Shown: piece by piece, positions 62,501 to 64,000 of the stretch
Layout of the letters: the number at the start of each line of letters is the position of its first letter
Position numbering within the stretch: the first letter of the stretch is position 1
NCBI GenBank assembly: GCA_036172245.1
Contig: JAYWIR010000007.1
Location: forward strand, 1,302,001 to 1,366,000
Reading direction: 5' to 3'
DNA: 64,000 nucleotides
DNA from: Raillietiella orientalis
Lineage: Eukaryota
The notes under the pieces: generated by a model
Told to the model about the DNA's origin: nothing
The model's database searches: none
Seen by the model: only the letters and a program-made list of their open reading frames with translations
Position numbers and translations under genes: made by a program

Positions 62501-64000
62501 CTGCATTTCACCCGGGAGGGGAACGGAAAAAAAAAAAAAAAAGCAACAGAGAGGGATCCTTGCACACACGAAAACGCGAGACAAGATTTCTGGAAATAAA
62601 AATAATGACGCAGAAATTTAAAGGGAAAATGGAATTCGCAAGAAGAGAGCAAAAGGTAAAAAGTCTCGAATGTTTACAATCGAAGGACACCCGAATGAAC
62701 CCGGCACGAGATGGCGACCAGTAAACAGTGCAACTACGCAAGCGCATTCTTCATCCGCAGCACTCGCGCGTGCATCCAGAGACCGTCCCACGCAGCGCCG
62801 GAGTCCACCAGCTCGAATCTCACAGTCCCTGTCACGTAATTAATACGTGGCGTGCCCGCACACGCCGGTCCTGGTACGCCACTGCACACGTCTCGAAGCA
62901 GCGACACTAATCAGTGAGGTGTGGCCTCCGCGTGGTGACCGCCGACTCGCACTTGCTGCCTCGTTTAAAAAAGGGCGCTCAAAGGGAAAAGACAAAAAAA
63001 TGAAAAAAAACTCGCCCATCTCGGCGGCGGGAAACAACCGTTGGGTTTTCACACGCGCACACACTCCATCCCACGATGCCCGTAGCATGACCGAACCTGC
63101 ACTTGAGAACCAGCCGGGAACGGAACAAGCGGCCACCAAGCGAGGAGCGTCAATCGAAATGAGGGAAGCGGGAAGGTCGCATAGAGAAGAGCGTGGCACT
63201 GTTGGAAGGAGGTGGGGAGAAAAGGGGTTCAGGACACTCACTGATTGACGAACCGTACGGAGAGGACCTTGAGGCGACAAACATCGAGCTGCGAGTCAGG
63301 TGACTTCCCCCCCCCGCGCTTGTCGATAGTACCCGGTTCACTGGGTGCGTCGACGAAAAAAAACGCTCAATGTGCCTTTGATGCTCGTGCGTGCCATGAG
63401 AAAGCAGGAGAGGGGGGAAAAAAGGGAGGGGGGGAAGTCAGACAGAAGCGTACCCTCTCCCCCCGTTTGAGTGCGTGTGTGTGGGGGGATGCTGAGCGCG
63501 CAGACGCCATGCCCGCCTTCAACCAACAAGAGACCCCGTCTCGGGGCAAGCGGTTGCTCCCGTTGGAGGCGTAGGTTTCCCGCGTATCCGGTTCCCGCGT
63601 CAGTCGTCAGCGCCTCGGCACACGCTGGGAGGAACGGAGTGCCCAGCGAACCCACAAGGAATCGGCGGCAGGCCCGAGGAGCGACACGCTGCCTGCAGCG
63701 CTGCGGGCGTTCTGTTGCGAAAGACGCGGCAGTGGGTGTATGGGGGGCGTGGCGGAGAGATGATCAGCTTCCTTCCATCAGGGCATTCCCAGCATGAAGG
63801 CGCATAAGGTCGGAGGCGCCGAAGGCCGCTGCGGGTAAAGCCGGGCTAAGCGGAAAGCACGGGGGAGGGAGCTGGGAAGACGCGAAGTTCACGCGGGGCC
63901 AACAGTCGGAGTGGGCCGCACGATGGCGACTCCTGAGACAGGGGAAGAGAGAGGGGAACGCGAGTGATCGCAGCGGCCCGTCTGCAGCACGCGACCGGGA

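Noticed and set aside
1..64000. Prokaryotic systems (CRISPR arrays, operons, retrons, group II introns) suggested by the RT and hairpins
   Set aside because: Spliceosomal introns and metazoan genes show the DNA is eukaryotic. The RT motifs plus C-terminal CCHC finger are non-LTR type, and no regularly spaced repeat array was seen.

Overview
This is eukaryotic (invertebrate animal) genomic DNA, so the supplied six-frame ORF track is mostly noise. The real genes are spliced and were reconstructed by hand from GT-AG junctions and reading-frame phase. Three conserved genes are well supported: a secreted frizzled-related protein (SFRP1/2/5-like, + strand, 4 coding exons, 10976-16424, ~360 aa), a Siah/Sina RING E3 ligase (- strand, 4 coding exons split by 40-49 nt introns, 41637-42607, 278 aa) and POMGNT1 (- strand, 13 coding exons, 50871-59517, ~644 aa). 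Between SFRP and Siah (~17.8-39.3 kb) lies a dense cluster of decayed L1/Tx1-like non-LTR retrotransposon fragments in alternating orientations. Their 3' UTRs keep two stem-loops, the second being AATAAA-N3-4-CCCGG-N5-CCGGG-TG(A)n. Inside this cluster is a candidate unannotated micro-exon gene (19744-20418, - strand) that splices into a small secreted Cys-rich peptide. The Siah gene body is AT-rich and CpG-poor, whereas the other genes and the transposons are CpG-rich, which suggests mosaic gene-body methylation. Much of 1-9.5 kb, 47-50 kb and 60-64 kb could not be resolved. All homology calls rest on recalled motifs; no database search was run.
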